A DNA stretch of 63,295 nt, counting the filler, from Octopus bimaculoides (Eukaryota): the NCBI RefSeq assembly GCF_001194135.2. It is 8 parts of 5 records of this genome, joined end to end, with 100 filler letters (N's around TTAATTAATTAA, not from the genome) between each part and the next. Parts side by side here need not be neighbours in the genome. Positions count along the whole stretch, not along the records: positions 39,201 to 52,902 come from NC_068984.1; positions 53,003 to 61,877 come from NC_068988.1; positions 61,978 to 63,295 come from NC_068981.1; 5 more parts are not named here. The stretch is one strand, 5' to 3'. The notes under the pieces were generated by a model that saw only the letters and a program-made list of their open reading frames with translations, made no database searches and was not told where the DNA came from. This document shows, piece by piece, positions 50,093-63,214 of this stretch (position 1 is the stretch's first letter; every line of letters starts with the position of its first letter). A program made the position numbers and the translations under genes.

Positions 50093-50363
50093 ATCTGGCT
50101 ACGACAGTTCCCAGATCTCAATGTTATTGAACATTTATAGAAAAACAAGGAGTCGATGTCCTCCATCATCATCACTACAAGAACCGGGGACTGTTTTAGC
50201 TGAAGAATTGACAAAAATTCCTTTGGAAAAAGATTCAAACTTTTTATAAGTCCATACCTCGTAGAATTCAAGCGGTAATTACTGCCAAAGACGGTCCTAC
50301 TCCATATTAAAATATATTTGTTTGAAATTTTAGGGTGCTTCCATTATTTTGTCCAACCTATAT
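50093..50363 (+). mobile_element. Tc1 transposase 3' end with TIR
   Basis: QFPDLNVIEHL and IPLEKIQTFYKSIPRRIQAVITAKDGPTPY*; end TCCATTATTTTGTCCAACC-TA. Confidence 0.8.
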
Positions 50364-50562
50364 ATATATATAGTATGTATATTATATATAATGCTACACT
50401 TGGATCCATTCCCTGGTTGGATCTACAGTTTATACTTGGTACCTATATATATACATACCTGTCTGCGTGTATTTATAGATAAACAGACAGACAGATAGAG
50501 TAGATAGATAGATGTGTATGTGTGTGTATGTATGTATGTAAGTAAGTATGTATGTATATATG

Positions 50563-50853
50563 TAGGAGCACTCCGTCGGTTACGACAACGAGGTGTCCCA
50601 GCTGATACGATCAACGGAAGAGCTTGCTCGCGCAGTTAACGTGCAAGTGGCTGAGCACTTCACAGACACGTGTACCCTTAACGAAGTTCTCAGGGAGATT
50701 CAATTTGACAAGGTTGGCCCTTTTGCCAGCTGAGTGGATTGGAACAATGAAAAATAAAGTATCTTGCTCAAGGACACAACGCGTCGCCGGGAATTGAACT
50801 CACGACCTTACAATCGTGAGTCGAATGCCTTAACCACTAAGCCACGCGCCCTC
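50563..50853 (-). mobile_element. Chimeric SINE: family B head/body with family A 3' tail
   Basis: 50563-50720 matches the family A tail; 50725-50853 matches the family B block and a tRNA-like head. Confidence 0.65.
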
Positions 50854-50855
50854 AT

Positions 50856-50928
<73 letters not shown>

Positions 50929-50935
50929 AAACATA

Positions 50936-51146
50936 CGAGGGGGTGGTGAAAAGTTCCTGGCTTTGAGAGTCCCGACCTTTTCTTAAGAGTACCAGCTTTC
51001 GAGCTCTTTTACGGGCTTAGAAAACGGAAGGACCGCTGCGATAAATGTGTGGATTTGAGAGCGGAATATATTGACTAAACTTATAATTAACTGATTCTCC
51101 TGTATTTTCTTTTACCCAAAGCCAGGAACTTTTTACCACTCCCTCG
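50936..51146 (+). mobile_element. Mariner-derived MITE with ~29-bp TIRs
   Basis: CGAGGGGGTGGTGAAAAGTTCCTGGCTTT versus the reverse complement of 51118-51146; internal remnant RCDKCVDLRAEYID* of the transposase C-terminus. Partial reverse relative at ~59085-59240. Confidence 0.8.
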
Positions 51147-52367
51147 ATGTATACATATACTTATTTGTATACACACATACATTCGTGTATATATATATGT
51201 ATGTATATATATATACACATACATATAATCATATATATACGCACGTAGACACAATATACAAAGGACCACTCTCACATACTCACGCAAACGCTACATACAA
51301 CAATAACAAGAACCTACCTGATTGTGCTGGTTTAGCATCAAGGTGTGTATAACATAAAAAGGTAAGAAAGACCAGGTAACAGAAAAGGTTGTTCATCTCG
51401 GCTTCGCCTTGTTTTCTACACAATATACACCCTCACTTAATATACACAATATACACCCTCACTTAATATCCGGTTGGAGTTTAACATGTGTCTTATTCTG
51501 TTATGGGTTTTTGTGTAGTCAACTCCAATCCCTCAACTCACGCCCCTCAACCCGTCTCTCTCTTTCTCTCGTACATACATACATACATATGTACGCGTGT
51601 ATGCCTTCCTGTCTACTTTTGTTTTTATGTTGTTTTTTTTTTAAATGCTTTTTTTTTTTTAATTTTTGTACTTCGTGTTTGTCAATAGACAATCGATATT
51701 TTCGCAGGCCAGATCAATTGCGACACCCAACTGCCACATAAGATATTCTGACGTCGTCGAAATCATGAGTAACAGCTGGTCGCTTCTTACAGGGTGCCAC
51801 GCTATTCGACTACGTTTTACTGCAACCCAACCAGTGTCTGCCGAAGAGGGAAGATGTCTAGACAGGATCGCTCGATCTGCTAGAATCTGTAGCTAAAACT
51901 TCCCTCAAGCTATACCTTACCTTCATAAAAAAGTGTGGAACATGTTGGACGCTGTACTCCTAGATACACTATGCAAATAAAAAAGTAGAATAATCACGAC
52001 TGAAACTCCTTCGGCTTTGTCCAGAGGTTAGACAACAACAACAACAACAACAACAACACCGACAACAACAACGACAGGAAGTAGGTTAGAGTCAGAGAAG
52101 AGTCATCCTTCTGATTTCGGTGACTCGCACACACGCTCTCCCCTCCCTAACCCCCCTCCCCACAGAAGCGCTGTCTCCTCCCTCTGCATTTTCCACTTCT
52201 ACTATAATGGCCTCTGCTTCTTGCAACCAGTTAGCCTCATGCCAGCTCTGCTGGTGAATTCCTGACCCAACACCCCTCTCTTCGGCTCAGCATTCGTATC
52301 ATGTCCAACCTCGCCAGGCCCACCACTAATCACTAAACCAGACCTTCTTCTTCTTCTTCTTCTTCTT

Positions 52368-52530
52368 CGGTGTTTGGAATCTCACTGGGGCTTCCTCGTT
52401 GCTCATATCGTTCCTTCGAGGGTTGACGTATCGAAGTTCAAGAGGAGCATTAAAGGTATCGATCTCGGAGGGCCTCTGAGGGTGAAGGGCGCTGCCCCGC
52501 CAACAAGTTTAGATCCACGAAATCCTAACA
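52368..52530 (+). mobile_element. Possible CR1/L2-type LINE 3' fragment
   Basis: AHIVPSRVDVSKFKRSIKGIDLG resembles the CR1/L2 C-terminal W..LP..VV...F K..L motif. Confidence 0.35.
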
Positions 52531-53149
52531 GGAGAGGGGAGAGAGAGGAGAGACTGATCGAGATGTGAGAGAGAGGAGGAAGGACTGATAAGAGAAGCAG
52601 AAAGAAGAGGGGGAAGAGAAGAGAGAGAGAGAGAGAGAGAGAAGTGAAAGAGCAGGAGGGAGAGAAAAGGAGAGAGAGAGAGAGAGAAAAGCGAGAGAGC
52701 GGAAGGGAGAGAGAAAGAGAGAGAAAGGTAGGAAAAAAAGAGGACGGAATGATTAGTGAAACGGAAAGAAGAAGAAGAAGAAAGAGAGGGATGGGGAGAT
52801 TAGTAAAGAACGAGAGAGAGAAAAGAGAGAACAGGAGGGAGGGAGAAAGAGAGAGAGAAAAAAGCGAGAGAGAGCGGAATGGAGAGAGAAAGCGGGTGGG
52901 AGNNNNNNNNNNNNNNNNNNNNNNNNNNNNNNNNNNNNNNNNNNNNTTAATTAATTAANNNNNNNNNNNNNNNNNNNNNNNNNNNNNNNNNNNNNNNNNN
53001 NNTAAATGAATCTTTACAACTAACACCAGGATTTATTGTTGTTGCTAGCATTTTTAGCTGTTGTATTGCAACTTACGGGATTATAAATGATTTACTGACA
53101 AATAACATCTACACATACCTATATATTTTAATGTTGGCATCTGGTTGTT

Positions 53150-55620
53150 TCTTTTATTTAATATTATTAATTTTGTGTGGAATTTATTTAAATAAATCGG
53201 TGAGTGTTTTTACAATATCTTCATAATACCCAATCGTAATTGCATTTTTTATCTTTTACTTGCGCCAAATCGTAAAATATGTCAATGCTGTGGCACCGAC
53301 ATATGTGTTGCCACACTTTTACTGATCCTTCTTCTTTAGTAGACATTTGGTGAATGATGGAATTCTAAGCTGCTGCCCTCAGTTGCGTTCCTTGCCGCAA
53401 AGTAGGCTCTTCCAGAATTGTAGATAGCAGACGGTCCGTTTTCTTTATGATGACATCTTCATCCACAACAATTAGGTCTAATATGCATTTTGGAAAGAAA
53501 AATGGAAAACTGTTGTCCTTTGAACGCAAAACTATTTCAGTATCTGGTTTTAAATCTGATCTTTCAAACAATACACTGGACCTTAAAGTGCTACAATAAT
53601 GCTCTTTATTTCTTTTTTCAATAACCCTGTTTTTCAAGGATCCCAAGATTTTGCATAGTGGCTTTCCAAACCTGACCATGCAAAGGTTTTTCTTAAGTGT
53701 GTTTAACATGCTCTCTTTCAATTTCGTTTTCGTTCCTTTTCTCAAGTCTTCATCACCTGTACTTTATTCACTACCTTTAATCATTTATTTATGCTAGTCT
53801 GAAAATGATACACTTAACTGTCTCATTCCATCCGCGTACATTATTCCACAACAATTAAACATCATTTACTCTGGTTTCTTTTTAAGTAACTTCAGTTAAT
53901 TTCAGCTTTCTGATTGTGGACACTGTATATTGTCAACTAATTTCTATTTTTCTGCCCAGTTTCTGTATCTTACCTTTTGTCCAATCCACAATTCCAACCC
54001 TAAACCTGACACCTGGCACTGCTATAGAATAATTTTTTCGATGACATTTCTTTAATTCATTATCAAAATATCGCATTTTTTAAGCGTAAATTCCATTTCT
54101 ACATCATTCGGAAACAAAAGGATAGTATGTACAAGTCTTTTCAGTTGCTTTTCATTTTTTGCACAAAATTTGATATTATCAATGATTTGGAGATGATTTA
54201 CCTGACCATACCGTTTCCCCAAATCATAAAATATTTTCACTTTCTGTAATATGAAAGAGTTACGTCTCAACGCTACTGCTATCTAGCACCTTCGGATGAT
54301 CTCTACTCAATCTTTCCTCAAATTTCGATCTCCGCAATCATAGCACCGTTTTGAATTAAAATTTTTCCTTCTTTCTGTATTTTCTTTGCACATTTGTACA
54401 TTATTATTCTTGTCTTCTATCCTTCTTTTATCATCTCGAAGGTTTATTATTTGTTGGCATTCTTCAGCCACTTTCTGAAAGTGAGTTTCACATCTTGGTT
54501 CAACTTTGATAATATTCTTTTTCTAATTTCCGCGTCTTCCATTGCCACTAGCCCTTTAACGAATATTAAACACTTGAACATATCTGGTGTTAATTCTTCC
54601 AACTTGAACCTTTCGCAAGCCTTGTTAATCATACCAGCATATGTCACAAAATCATCGGACTCGTGTTTCTTTAAGTTTAAACATTCCCATCGAATGTTAA
54701 ACTGTGAACTTTTCTCGCTAAAAATATTGGTCAAAATATTTATCGTTTCCTCAAAACACAATTCTGCGGGCTTTCTCGGCAAAATAAAGTTACAACAACT
54801 TTCGTGTTCCGGAGTAGCAAGCTTTCGCAAAAGGAGTTTTACCTTCCTTTCACTAGACCATGCCTTGCATTCCTCACGGAATATATCTTTGTATCGTCTG
54901 TAATATGCAGCAAAAGTACTTCCTTCATCTGGATTGTACTGAAATTCTCCGATGGAATTTGCAGCACCATCTGCTGTAAATGATTCTGTACTATTTCTCG
55001 CCTGCAGCAACAAGTCTGTTAACTTCTTTAGTTGCTGCTGCTCTTGTTGATTCACTCGATGTTCTTGTTGTTTCACTACTGCTTTCAGTAACTCTTCCGT
55101 TTTTGGTGCTATTAGAAACCTCGTCGCCACTGTTATATTGCAATACTACACAGTGGCTGTGTGAGCTGCGAATCCTCGTCGCCACTGTTATGTCGCAACA
55201 CTACTGCTATCTAGCACCTTCGGATGATCTCTACTCAACCGCTACACAACTGCTACTCGACTGCTACTCACCAGAAACTGAGCAGTATCATGGCCACTAC
55301 AAATAGTAATGAAGATAAAATTTCACCATGGCATATAAACGTCTGATTTTCACCTTCGGAATTTTCCTTTTGTTCCTATCAAAACACTCTGGCGTTTCAT
55401 ACTTCCATTGACCATTTTCTCCAGATTTTCTGCCATTCCAAACCTACCCGTTGTTTGACTCATCCAACTCTGCGGTGTCATGTAATATGCTTTCTTATAA
55501 TCCGATCATACTAAATTCAGTCTTATCAACCAGCATCTGCAATACCGAAAGATATTTTATCAACTAACAGCTGGTCTTTTGTTGCCCTACTCTGCCTTCC
55601 AGTTTTTTTCCTCCTGTTTG
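53150..55620 (-). mobile_element. Decayed R4/Dong-like LINE (RT + zinc knuckle) interrupted by a Gypsy element
   Basis: TKDQLLVDK, DYKKAYYMTPQSW, GEILSSLLF on the 55302-55620 side; QVNHLQIIDNIKFCAKNEKQL...MEFTLKKC, RSDLKPDTE, LAQVKDKK on the 53150-54257 side. Confidence 0.75.
54258..55301 (-). mobile_element. Ty3/Gypsy element: 116-bp 5' LTR, doubled PBS, gag, pol deleted, partial 3' LTR
   Basis: LTR 55186-55301 (TG...CA), 3' LTR remnant 54258-54310. PBS TGGCGACGAGG twice. Gag: ANSIGEFQYNPDEGSTFAAYYRRYKDIF...KVKLLLRKL...FNIRWECLNLKK...FKCLIFVKGL (54447-55130). Confidence 0.88.
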
Positions 55621-55853
55621 GTCCTTTCTTTTCTTTCTCATTCTTCTATTCAGCTTTCATCAGCTTCTATCCTTTTCCGACAGCCGCAAAATTAGCACCG
55701 GCTAAGATTAACTAGGTTGTTTCATTGATGTTCTCTCTCTCTCAATCAGGCTAAGAACACCGTTTTGTTTGCCTCTGGCTCTCCTTACTTTTTCTCTCTC
55801 AATATATCTTACATTTGGCGCTTTTATTCTTTGCCCCCAAATTTGCATTATTA

Positions 55854-55888
<35 letters not shown>

Positions 55889-55909
55889 ATTATTATTATT
55901 ATTATTATT

Positions 55910-56167
55910 GAGTGAGAGAGCAGTGCATGCCATCAAAGTGACACTGGGGTAAAATATACGAAGCCCAATATACCCATCATGACTACCCGTCTGATAAGGG
56001 TACACCGGGCACATGCATCACAACCATATGTGCGCGACATAGTGGTCTCATATCAAGATAAACAGCGCATGACCTTGCAGGTGGGGCCCAGTTAGAATTT
56101 TCTTCAGGTCGAGTAGCCCATCCCGCTCAAACGGTCCCTGAATATGGGTTATTTAAGGATGTTGAGC
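55910..56167 (-). mobile_element. Dispersed repeat X, second copy, (AAT)n tail
   Basis: Similar to 11990-12272. Confidence 0.7.
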
Positions 56168-56999
56168 NNNNNNNNNNNNNNNNNNNNNNNNNNNNNNNNN
56201 NNNNNNNNNNNNNNNNNNNNNNNNNNNNNNNNNNNNNNNNNNNNNNNNNNNNNNNNNNNNNNNNNNNNNNNNNNNNNNNNNNNNNNNNNNNNNNNNNNNN
56301 NNNNNNNNNNNNNNNNNNNNNNNNNNNNNNNNNNNNNNNNNNNNNNNNNNNNNNNNNNNNNNNNNNNNNNNNNNNNNNNNNNNNNNNNNNNNNNNNNNNN
56401 NNNNNNNNNNNNNNNNNNNNNNNNNNNNNNNNNNNNNNNNNNNNNNNNNNNNNNNNNNNNNNNNNNNNNNNNNNNNNNNNNNNNNNNNNNNNNNNNNNNN
56501 NNNNNNNNNNNNNNNNNNNNNNNNNNNNNNNNNNNNNNNNNNNNNNNNNNNNNNNNNNNNNNNNNNNNNNNNNNNNNNNNNNNNNNNNNNNNNNNNNNNN
56601 NNNNNNNNNNNNNNNNNNNNNNNNNNNNNNNNNNNNNNNNNNNNNNNNNNNNNNNNNNNNNNNNNNNNNNNNNNNNNNNNNNNNNNNNNNNNNNNNNNNN
56701 NNNNNNNNNNNNNNNNNNNNNNNNNNNNNNNNNNNNNNNNNNNNNNNNNNNNNNNNNNNNNNNNNNNNNNNNNNNNNNNNNNNNNNNNNNNNNNNNNNNN
56801 NNNNNNNNNNNNNNNNNNNNNNNNNNNNNNNNNNNNNNNNNNNNNNNNNNNNNNNNNNNNNNNNNNNNNNNNNNNNNNNNNNNNNNNNNNNNNNNNNNNN
56901 NNNNNNNNNNNNNNNNNNNNNNNNNNNNNNNNNNNNNNNNNNNNNNNNNNNNNNNNNNNNNNNNNNNNNNNNNNNNNNNNNNNNNNNNNNNNNNNNNNN

Positions 57000-57079
<80 letters not shown>

Positions 57080-58520
57080 TTATGTGTATATACATGTATT
57101 TATATACATACATACACTTGCAGCATGTAAAAATTAGAAATTTTTTTTTTTGAAAGTGAAATTAACATTAAATGATAGCATTAACTTGACTACTTGTTGT
57201 CATGGAAATATCTTCCCTGAGTAAATTCTGAGCATCTGGAAGTGTGCTGAAATAACAGTTCCAACATGGTCTGCTCTCTTTAATGTAAACCAGTGGCATT
57301 GGCAGTTCAGTCCCTTTTCCACACCCAGGATAGCTGTGTACTACAGAGGCCTGCCGATGCATAATATTTACTACGTTGGTAAATGAGATTACTTCGAGGA
57401 AGTTATTTATGAATCAGGAAATGTGAGCTATTAATAAATTAGTGCTCACTGACTAAAATCTGGCGCTTTGTCACCACCCACAGGTGTGTGTGGGTTAGAG
57501 TGTCAATCCGCAGAAATTTGCTAATTATGCGCGCATCCATGCAACTAATCATCGCTTAAATTTTCTCCGTAAAAATGAAATCTTATCTTGAAATTTATGC
57601 TTGTACGTATTTTTAAGCTTTCTCATTTGTAAACAGATCTGCGTTGGTGCAAACACATAGCAAAGAGGGAACAGTAAACCCAAGATAACATCACTGATGA
57701 TTTGCCCACAGACATCACAATTTGAGGTATGAGAAAATTATTAAACGTCTCTTGCTGCACAATCTCCACTCATGTTCTCGCTCTTCTTATGTATTACAGA
57801 TATTAGTTTTCCTAAATCGACTAACGACTGAATCTCATGGAATTGATGTTGGTGGCTGTTTCGTAATAACTCCCTCGTCCGTACTTACGGTAATTTATCA
57901 CAACATTTAATATTTACTGCATTTGACGCTATATAAGGCACATTTATATTCATAATAATATTTCAAAACATCACCTTTGCTCACATATGCGAGTTTAAAG
58001 GAATTCATGGTACAACTTTTTCTAGTTTCGAAAGTGATGAAAATATTTGTTTAATCATTCCGTTATTCTTATTAAAAAAGCCGTTCTTCAGTTTTACGAA
58101 GCCCAGTAAAATAACTCAAAAATTTGTGTCTCCAACTAGGCTTTACGCGATGTCCTTAAAGAATTTCTTCGTATGATAAAAAGATGTTGAAATCTTTTAT
58201 GAAAACAATACAAATAAATTATAAATTGCAATGCTCTGAAAGAAATAGCAGATGCCAAAAACCTACATGTATGTTTCGATTCATGTCCCTTGTTCATACG
58301 TAACTCTAATCATTTTCTAAGATTTAGTACCTTTTTCGACTGTACGGTGCAAATATCTTCAGAGCTTTATGAGCTTATAGAACAAAGGTTAATATATTTC
58401 TTGAAAGGATGCAGACAAATTGCTAATTGGTAGTAATTAAATGTAATTAAATAATTAGTGATAAACCAGAGGAACTTTGGGATTATTTAGTCCCTAATGA
58501 GGACCTGACATTCTCGAATT

Positions 58521-58576
<56 letters not shown>

Positions 58577-60193
58577 CTACATATATATATATATAATGTG
58601 CATTTATATTTCAACTCTTGTATTAGCATGATGTTTATAGTTCTTAACTGAATAAATATTTTGCACGAATTAGTTGTAACTAATTTTTTTAGTGCAGAAG
58701 CTTCTCCCAGGTTTAGGATATGGCTGGTCAAAATGCATGCAGGTATATTTACTTGGTAAAATATTTCGATTGGAAACGAAGAAATTCCAGGTTCCCTCTC
58801 ACATCTAATACAGATGCTGGTTACATGATTAAATCGATCCTAGGACGTCAGTCATGTATGTTTTATAGAAACCTAAAAAGAATTGGTGATGGTTATATCG
58901 GTAGCTTTTGAAATTAAGACCTGAACAACGGATAATTAAATGCTGGGAGATGCTATAATGATACTGCAAACTTATCTTTGTTCGATTATCTTTATCCCTT
59001 ATTAAACCACATACATACATGCAAGCACGTATGTATGTTGTTTCCTTCCACCAAATCCACGTACAAAGCAATGATATATACATTCGCGAGGAGGGGCTGA
59101 AAATTTCCTAGTATTGGGTAAAATGAAATACAACACGTTCAGTTAATTACCATATGATTTTATTCAAATTATTCCCCTCCCACATTCACACACTTATTGC
59201 AACAATTCTTCAGCTTTACTAAGCCTAGAAAAAGAACTGGGGCTAAAGTAGAAGACACCTAAGTTACTAAGAAGTGCCAGTGAACCTGGGACCATGTGGT
59301 TGGGAAATAAGCAGACATATTTGCACCTATTATTAAATTCGAATAACCTTCTATATATACCATCCTGTTAATTCATTAAAAATAACAGTTAATTACTTTT
59401 CTCTTCTACTTTTCAGATGATGGGGAGTTTTATTACTTACATACTAGTGGTTATTCAGACAAAACCATCATAGAAGCGCTCCACCTTCTATATTATAATG
59501 TTTCGATGGTAAACTCAGTATGAAGTTCGAATTAATAATATTATTTCACCAATGAATTCATTCGGATTACCTCCCTACAGCACTTTCTCAAGCAAGATTC
59601 TAAAAAAAAAACCCAACAAAGACTGGTATGACAATGTAGAGAGTTCTAACTCCTTCAACCAGTGAAACACAAAGACGATTCTATAATATTCATCAGACGC
59701 ATATATGGTCATTGATTTTCAGCTTGTTTATTTACAAATTTCCGTCATCTTTTCAATAAAACGGTATCAAGAAGAATATTTTCACAATAATTTTTCTCTC
59801 CCTGTTTTTTTTTCTTGCCTACTCATCTGCACTTGCTCTACGGCGCATTTTCTTTCAATTGCACGACGTAATAACGCCGATACATTACTGAAAGTGTATT
59901 ACAAAATATATCATAAATCGACCGTACATTTCTTTATTTGTTCATCACTCTGATATATTTTTGAGAAATAAAATATCGTAATGATTCCATTTACTGAATC
60001 CAGTTTCTGTTTTACTGAAATCAATGCATGTCCACCACAGGGGATAAAATTACCTCAAAGGAAAAATGTTTTACTTCAAAAATCGTGCAGATGTCTTCTA
60101 TTGCAGCATGGACGACATCGGGGGAGATGGACAATCGCAATACGTATAGTCAATGAAATTTAATGGACAAGCAGATACCATTGTAGAGATGGC

Positions 60194-60224
<31 letters not shown>

Positions 60225-60264
60225 CATACATGCATATGTATGAATGTATATGTGTGTGTGTGTG

Positions 60265-60470
60265 TAGGGTTGTTGTCTGCTCCTTATGCAGGGTTTGACC
60301 CCTTCCTGTACCTACACCTTATGACCATCACGGCACCTGATGTGGCTTTTTAAACCAGACAATGTTCTGAAAAGACACTCGCATAGAGTTGATATATCCG
60401 ATTTGGACCACCAAGTGCTGCAGTTAAGTTCTGATCTTTGCGGATCTTAAAATGTCTTTTGAGGCCTCTG
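60265..60470 (-). mobile_element. 3' end of the RTE/BovB LINE family seen at 45590
   Basis: Clear similarity to 45595-45800. Confidence 0.8.
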
Positions 60471-60569
60471 TTAAATTTGCTCCAGTCCACTCAGTTGGCA
60501 AAAATATGTAATACTGCGACGGATCGGCGTCCCATCCAGATGGAGAATATATATATACTTGCAATTTCT

Positions 60570-60720
60570 ATAACAACAAAAGACGAAGACAGGCGTATGA
60601 ACAACAAGTAAATGTATTAGTTTCACGCTTCGGAAAAATGAAAGAATGTCTTTAACGTTTCGAGCCTATGTTCTTCAGCAGAAAAAAATCAGAGAAAATA
60701 AATAGAGAGAAGGAATGAAA
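60570..60720 (-). mobile_element. PLE pseudo-LTR fragment with hammerhead-like motif (core CTGCTGA)
   Basis: Reverse complement of 60650-60685: TTTT-CTGCTGA-A-GAAC-ATAG-GCTC-GAA-ACGT-T-AAAG. Confidence 0.65.
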
Positions 60721-61539
60721 AAAACCTCGTAGATTTTAGTGGTCCAACATGACCGATGTGGTCGGGAAGCAAGCTTCTCACCTCACAGCCACGACTGCGC
60801 ATATACATACATATATACATACATTTATATGTATGTATGTATATATGTGCGCAGGCGTGACTTTGTGGTGAAAAGCTTGCTTCCCATTACAGTTCCTCAT
60901 TAATCATCGTATTCACTTTTTAAATGTATGTAGCTGGGTACATTTAGCCTTCAAATGTCACCAGATGAAGCTACTTTTAAAGTGAAAGGTTTTTCGCAGC
61001 TGCAATTTATTCAAACAAAAGGTGTATCGTTAGGAAATATAGGATTAATATAGATTTGGTGAGTGATTGAAAGAAAAGTCAAGTATCTCAAATACGTGCG
61101 TGTGCGTATGGGAGAGAGAGAGAGAGAGAGAGAGAGCAGATAAGAAATGTGATGGAAGAACTGGAGTCTATTACAGGATTGAATTGAGATAAAATGGAAA
61201 TATTTCGATAAATGAAATCCGAAAATATATTCAAATATTTGGCTGAACGAGGATACGTCTTTAAGCGCAGGTGTAAGTTAAATCAAATATTAAGGCAAAT
61301 ATTTCTATGAAACTCCAATTGTATTTTTTATTTTTCCATTTCTTTTTTTTCTTTTTTCTCTTTTCTTTCTGCCGGTTTATGCATAAAATCACTTTTGAAT
61401 TTGTGATAGAAAACAAAACTTCTACGCAAACGACTTGGTAGATTTGGAAGGAAGCTATTTATCTCATACTCATTCTTGTTCTTCAGTTGTAACTATGTTT
61501 AATACAAGAGAAAATCCGACCGGTGTAAACTTAAGAATG

Positions 61540-61760
61540 TGAACGAAAAGTGTGAGCGTTCAAGGGGGAGAACTCTTCGAAACTTAATTATCTCTCTTTT
61601 ACTCTTTTACTTGATTCAGTCATTTGATTGCGGCCATGCTGGAGCACCGCCTTTTAGTCGAGCAAATCGACCCCAGGACTTATTCTTTGGTAGCCTAGTA
61701 CTTATTCTATCGGTCTCTTTTGCCGAACCGTTAAGTTACGGGGACGTAAACACACTACCA
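61540..61760 (-). mobile_element. SINE family C 3' part
   Basis: Reverse complement of the 17200-17370 tail. Confidence 0.7.
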
Positions 61761-61846
61761 TCTTTTAATTACAATTATGAACTTTTTATAAATTATAAAT
61801 TAAAATTTATTTTATATAGTGGCGTTTTCAAACTTCTTTTTTATAA

Positions 61847-61877
<31 letters not shown>

Positions 61878-62034
61878 NNNNNNNNNNNNNNNNNNNNNNN
61901 NNNNNNNNNNNNNNNNNNNNNTTAATTAATTAANNNNNNNNNNNNNNNNNNNNNNNNNNNNNNNNNNNNNNNNNNNNATATACATACATATATATATATA
62001 TATTTATATATATACATATATATATTCTTATTAT

Positions 62035-62078
<44 letters not shown>

Positions 62079-62363
62079 AGAGAGTGAGAGCAGGAGGGAG
62101 AGAGAGAGAGAGAGAGAGGAGAGAGTAAAGGATGGAACGGTATAAACACAGTGTGCATGCCCGCATTAAGGTGAGTGATGATGGGAAAAATACGATGGAA
62201 GCAAGACAAGAAAGACAAAAGAAGATAAAGGTTAAGAGAGTAAAAGGGTGTTGGATTTCACTCATGAGGGTTGGAATTATGTCAGGACCTGGGACAGCCT
62301 TGAAATATACACACACGCGCGCGTACGTGCACACACACACACATGCATATATACAAATACATA

Positions 62364-63150
62364 CAGGGTGCGATAGGTAAATTGACGCCATTTTATATTT
62401 TTATTTCGCACATGTGCATTGTTTGCTTTGGATTTTATCGACTACATGGTATAGTGGAGTCAGTTGGACACCGTCTGTGAGAAAAACAGCACCATGACGT
62501 AATTCACTCTGCCAGAAATTTGGAAACCACATGCTGTACTGCTTGACATTCGTGCCGGAAGCTCCAGTACAAACAGTGTTTCAGTGTCAATCTGAGGACA
62601 TGTACCGAGAATGATAAAAATCAAATAGCCAGTCAACATCATGGTGTATGGAGTGATCACTAGTCATGGCAACGTTATGCCTTCATTCATCTTCCCACAC
62701 AGCCTCAAACTCAACATGGAGGCCTACATCAAGTGCTTGGAGGAGGTAGTGCTGCTCTAGGTCAAGGCGGTGGCTGCTGGAAGATCTTATGTCTGGCAAC
62801 AGGACACTGCACCATGCCACACAAGCAATAGAACCTAGTCATAGCTGTCAGATAATTTCTGCGACCACCCCACCCCTAACATCTGGCCACTTAAGTCTCC
62901 AGACTGTAACCTCTTTGATTATTATGCGTGGGGCGCAGTTGAGTGAGTGACCAACAAAACTCCTTATAACACCTAAGATGAACTGAAGGCTAGGATTACG
63001 GCAGCATTCACAACTTAAACAAGGGTATCGTCCAGAAGAGTTGCAAGAGATTCTGAAGTCGTCTGGAGGCTGTGGTTGAAGCCAATGGCGATTTTATTGA
63101 ATAAATTTAGTCTTTAGTATTTCACGATATTTTTATGTAATTTTGGTAAA
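62364..63150 (+). mobile_element. Internally deleted maT (DD37D) Tc1/mariner transposon
   Basis: TA-CAGGGTG start. IMVYGVITSHG...YIKCLEEVVL...VWQQDTAPCH...IWPLKSPDCNLFDYYAWG...RLEAVVEANGDFIE*. 37 codons between the QQD aspartate and the final D. 3' boundary approximate. Confidence 0.85.
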
Positions 63151-63176
63151 TATATCTGTTAAAAAAACTAATATAG

Positions 63177-63214
<38 letters not shown>

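Noticed and set aside
57168-57362. 64-aa minus-strand ORF in unique-looking DNA
   Set aside because: No domain recognised and no clear splice boundaries.
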